Source: Lepidodermella squamata
Lineage: Eukaryota; Animalia; Gastrotricha
NCBI GenBank assembly: GCA_047495785.1
Contig: JBLDXI010000002.1
Coordinates: 1,054,001-1,118,000, forward strand
Direction: 5' to 3'
DNA: 64,000 nt
How positions within the stretch are numbered: the stretch's first letter is position 1; the number at the start of each line of letters is the position of its first letter. A program made the translations under genes and the position numbers. Below the pieces are notes generated by a model. The model saw nothing but the letters and a program-made list of their open reading frames with translations, did no database searches and was not told where the DNA came from. Shown here piece after piece: positions 61,747 to 64,000 of the stretch.

Positions 61747-63442
61747 GGTAATAGCGACGAAGAATTATCGAGAGACAAGCGAGGCGTGTTTTCCAGGGCT
61801 AGGAAATGGCAATTTCCAATCAGATACGCATTCGATGACAATCTTTTCAGTAATCCTCCTTAAAAATTCGAGCGCTTTAACATATTTTTTTAATTCGAAG
61901 CTTCCGCTGAAAAATCTGTTATCAGAGAAGGACTACGGTGGTGGGAACAGTCTACTTGTGCAAGCTTCATAAACTCTCCAAAATCGAGAATTTCAAATAT
62001 ACCAAGTATTCTCTTCACGAAATCTGGCTACGGGTATGGGCACTTTTTTTAAGCTTCAATATTTTATTAATTTTCTATAAAGGTGTAGCTCTGATGTTGG
62101 ACTGAACGGCACAGCTCAAACCATAATTCTGAACACAGGGTGCTTAACAGTAAATTTGCGAATATTGTTTTGAAAAATTAACTTTGGCGGCTATTTTAAA
62201 GTCTGGAATCGCCGCTCACGAAGTCGGGCATGCTTTAGGACTGGTAAATCTAGTTATTTTTTTCAGATTTTTTTAATTCATGATCCATCCTCAAGATTCA
62301 TGAGCATCAACGCAGCGATCGCGATCAATTTATCAAAATAAATTGGGCCAATGTTCCGAGGTAAGGGAACGGCAGACCGTTATAACAGCAAATACCCAAA
62401 ACAGCAAACGCGACAAAACAGAAACTTTATCAATTTGTGACATAACAGCAGAAACACGATGCATCTTTTACATAGCAAAATTTTGCTGTTTTGTCGCGAA
62501 ATGAAAATATTGCTGTTTTGTCGCATTCGCTGTTCTGCGCAGTTGCTGTTTTGTCGCCTTTTTTCTTATATTTTCAATGCCTTTAATCATTTAAGCCAAC
62601 TGTACTCCGAATTCCAAGCAATGCCAAGTGGTTATGATATAAATTACGGATCAACCTACGACTACGACTCAATCATGCATTACGACGCTTACATGTACGC
62701 TATTGACAGATCAAAGCCGACGATGGAACGAAAAGATGGTGGCGATCAAACGGTTTTAGGCCAAAGGTCCAAGCTCTCGTTTCACGACATTCGCCGAATC
62801 AACGTTCACTACGACTGTTCTTGTAAGCGAATTCGCCCTCATCTTTCAAAGCCATTAAAAATTAATTTTCTAGTCATTTCATGCGGAACCGAAATGAGAT
62901 CAGTGATGTGTATGAATGGCGGCTACGTCAATCCGAAAAATTGTTCGAGTTGCCACTGCCCGCCGGGTTTCACCGGACCTCGATGCCAACCAACTCCGCC
63001 AGTGATAACTCTTATTCAACAGGTGGGTGAATCCACTGTTTTGCCCGAAGATTGATCTGTTAACTTGGCCTCAAGTGTTCCAATCCTTCTCAATTCAAGT
63101 GCCGCAATGGAAAGTGTATTTCGAAAACAAAGCGATGCGACGAATTCAATGATTGCGGTATAGCTTTTGACTAAATTTAAGAAAAACATGTGGCAATTTA
63201 ATTTGTTTAGGTGACTGGAGTGACGAGATAGCCTGCGCATCACCTCTTGAAACATTTTTGATAGGAAGAGGCCGCGGATGCTTCTCCGACCAGTTTCAGT
63301 GCCGCAATCGCGTTTGCATCAACGGAGATTATCAATGCGATGGAGTTATCGATTGCAGTAGGTTTCATTCCTAATTTCTATAACATCTTCACTCCGATTG
63401 TTTCCAGGCGATGCAAGTGACGAAGCTAACTGTGATGCTTGA
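61747..63442 (+). CDS. Astacin (M12A) metalloprotease with EGF-like and LDLa domains; start exon unresolved
   Basis: [24 protein letters not shown] Met-turn, [47 protein letters not shown] across short exons. Confidence 0.8.
62365..62560. repeat. Intronic inverted-motif repeat (MITE-like)
   Basis: GCGACAAAACAG on the left arm; TGCTGTTTTGTCGC three times on the right arm. Confidence 0.55.
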
Positions 63443-63544
63443 ACATTATATATTATCCTGGAACTTTTTCGGCTTGATGTGATATACAAAAAATTGGCAC
63501 TGCCCGCTAATAAAACCGCAGCTTTGTTTGTTTTTATATAAATG

Positions 63545-64000
63545 TTAGAGAGTTTCGTATGGCCTGGCGTAGTTGTAGTTCCCGGCCGGTCCGTAGCTGC
63601 ACACTAGCACGAAATCAAAATTTACGTTACCACACTGCGCTACAGCACATCTGTAAAGCGTGAAAAATACATTATTTAATACTTTCCATGAAGTGATAAT
63701 TGAAACTCATATATACCCAACATGCGTCGTGTTCTCCCAGACAATTTGGGTGTAGTGGCCAACCATGGAACCAGCTGGTTTGGGACCGATACCATACTCC
63801 CAGTAGTTCCACTCCCAACCCCATGAATTAATGCAATTTGACAAGGAAAGTTGTAGATTCGCATCCCCGCCACTCCAACACAGATTTTCCCCAATTGCCG
63901 GCCATCCTTTATCTTGCATTGTCAGCCAATCTTGCGGCGAATGATTCCCCGATACACTATTTTTGTTCAAACTTCGGCATTGAACGGCCCACCTCTCAGC
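63545..64000 (-). CDS. Second CAP/SCP gene, 3' part (runs off the window)
   Basis: IGENLCWSG, WEWNYWEYGIG, GHYTQIVW, intron, then CAVAQC...VCSYGPAGN. Confidence 0.85.

Noticed and set aside
1-64000. Assigning the host taxon or a prokaryotic/viral origin
   Set aside because: Spliceosomal introns, syntaxin and an intron-containing tRNA show a eukaryote; no capsid or viral replication genes seen; the phylum cannot be fixed without searches

Overview
Eukaryotic (animal-type) DNA with compact genes, short GT-AG introns and an intron-containing tRNA-Tyr. The taxon cannot be determined from sequence alone. Left part (1-28.5 kb): a tandem amplification of the unit [TIR transposon - dynamin-like gene - spacer - 3' part of an ankyrin gene]. 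Each junction holds the same ~230-bp-TIR NOF-FB/Mutator-like element carrying an OTU protease domain. It has no target-site duplication: its left end sits inside the ankyrin gene and its right end 28 bp past the dynamin stop. The copies later took different insertions (MULE, LINE with a rod-like 3'UTR hairpin, Gypsy remnant, MITE, a 671-bp insert), while the dynamin ORFs stayed intact. One dynamin has an in-frame duplication of its whole stalk (middle domain + GED; 1120 aa versus 747 aa). Right part (28.5-64 kb): mostly secreted or membrane genes. These are a head-to-head pair of signal peptide + sushi + ankyrin genes, a type II membrane galaxin-repeat gene, ERMP1-like peptidase, seven tandem PLAT-less pancreatic-lipase/PLA1-like genes bracketed by two fucosyltransferase-like paralogs, syntaxin 7/12, two CAP genes and an astacin. 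Best candidates for novelty: the lipases whose lids carry paired dibasic sites (possible excisable lid), the double-stalk dynamin with its transposon-bounded amplification, and the secreted disulfide-containing ankyrin proteins. Family assignments rest on motif recognition by eye, not database searches.
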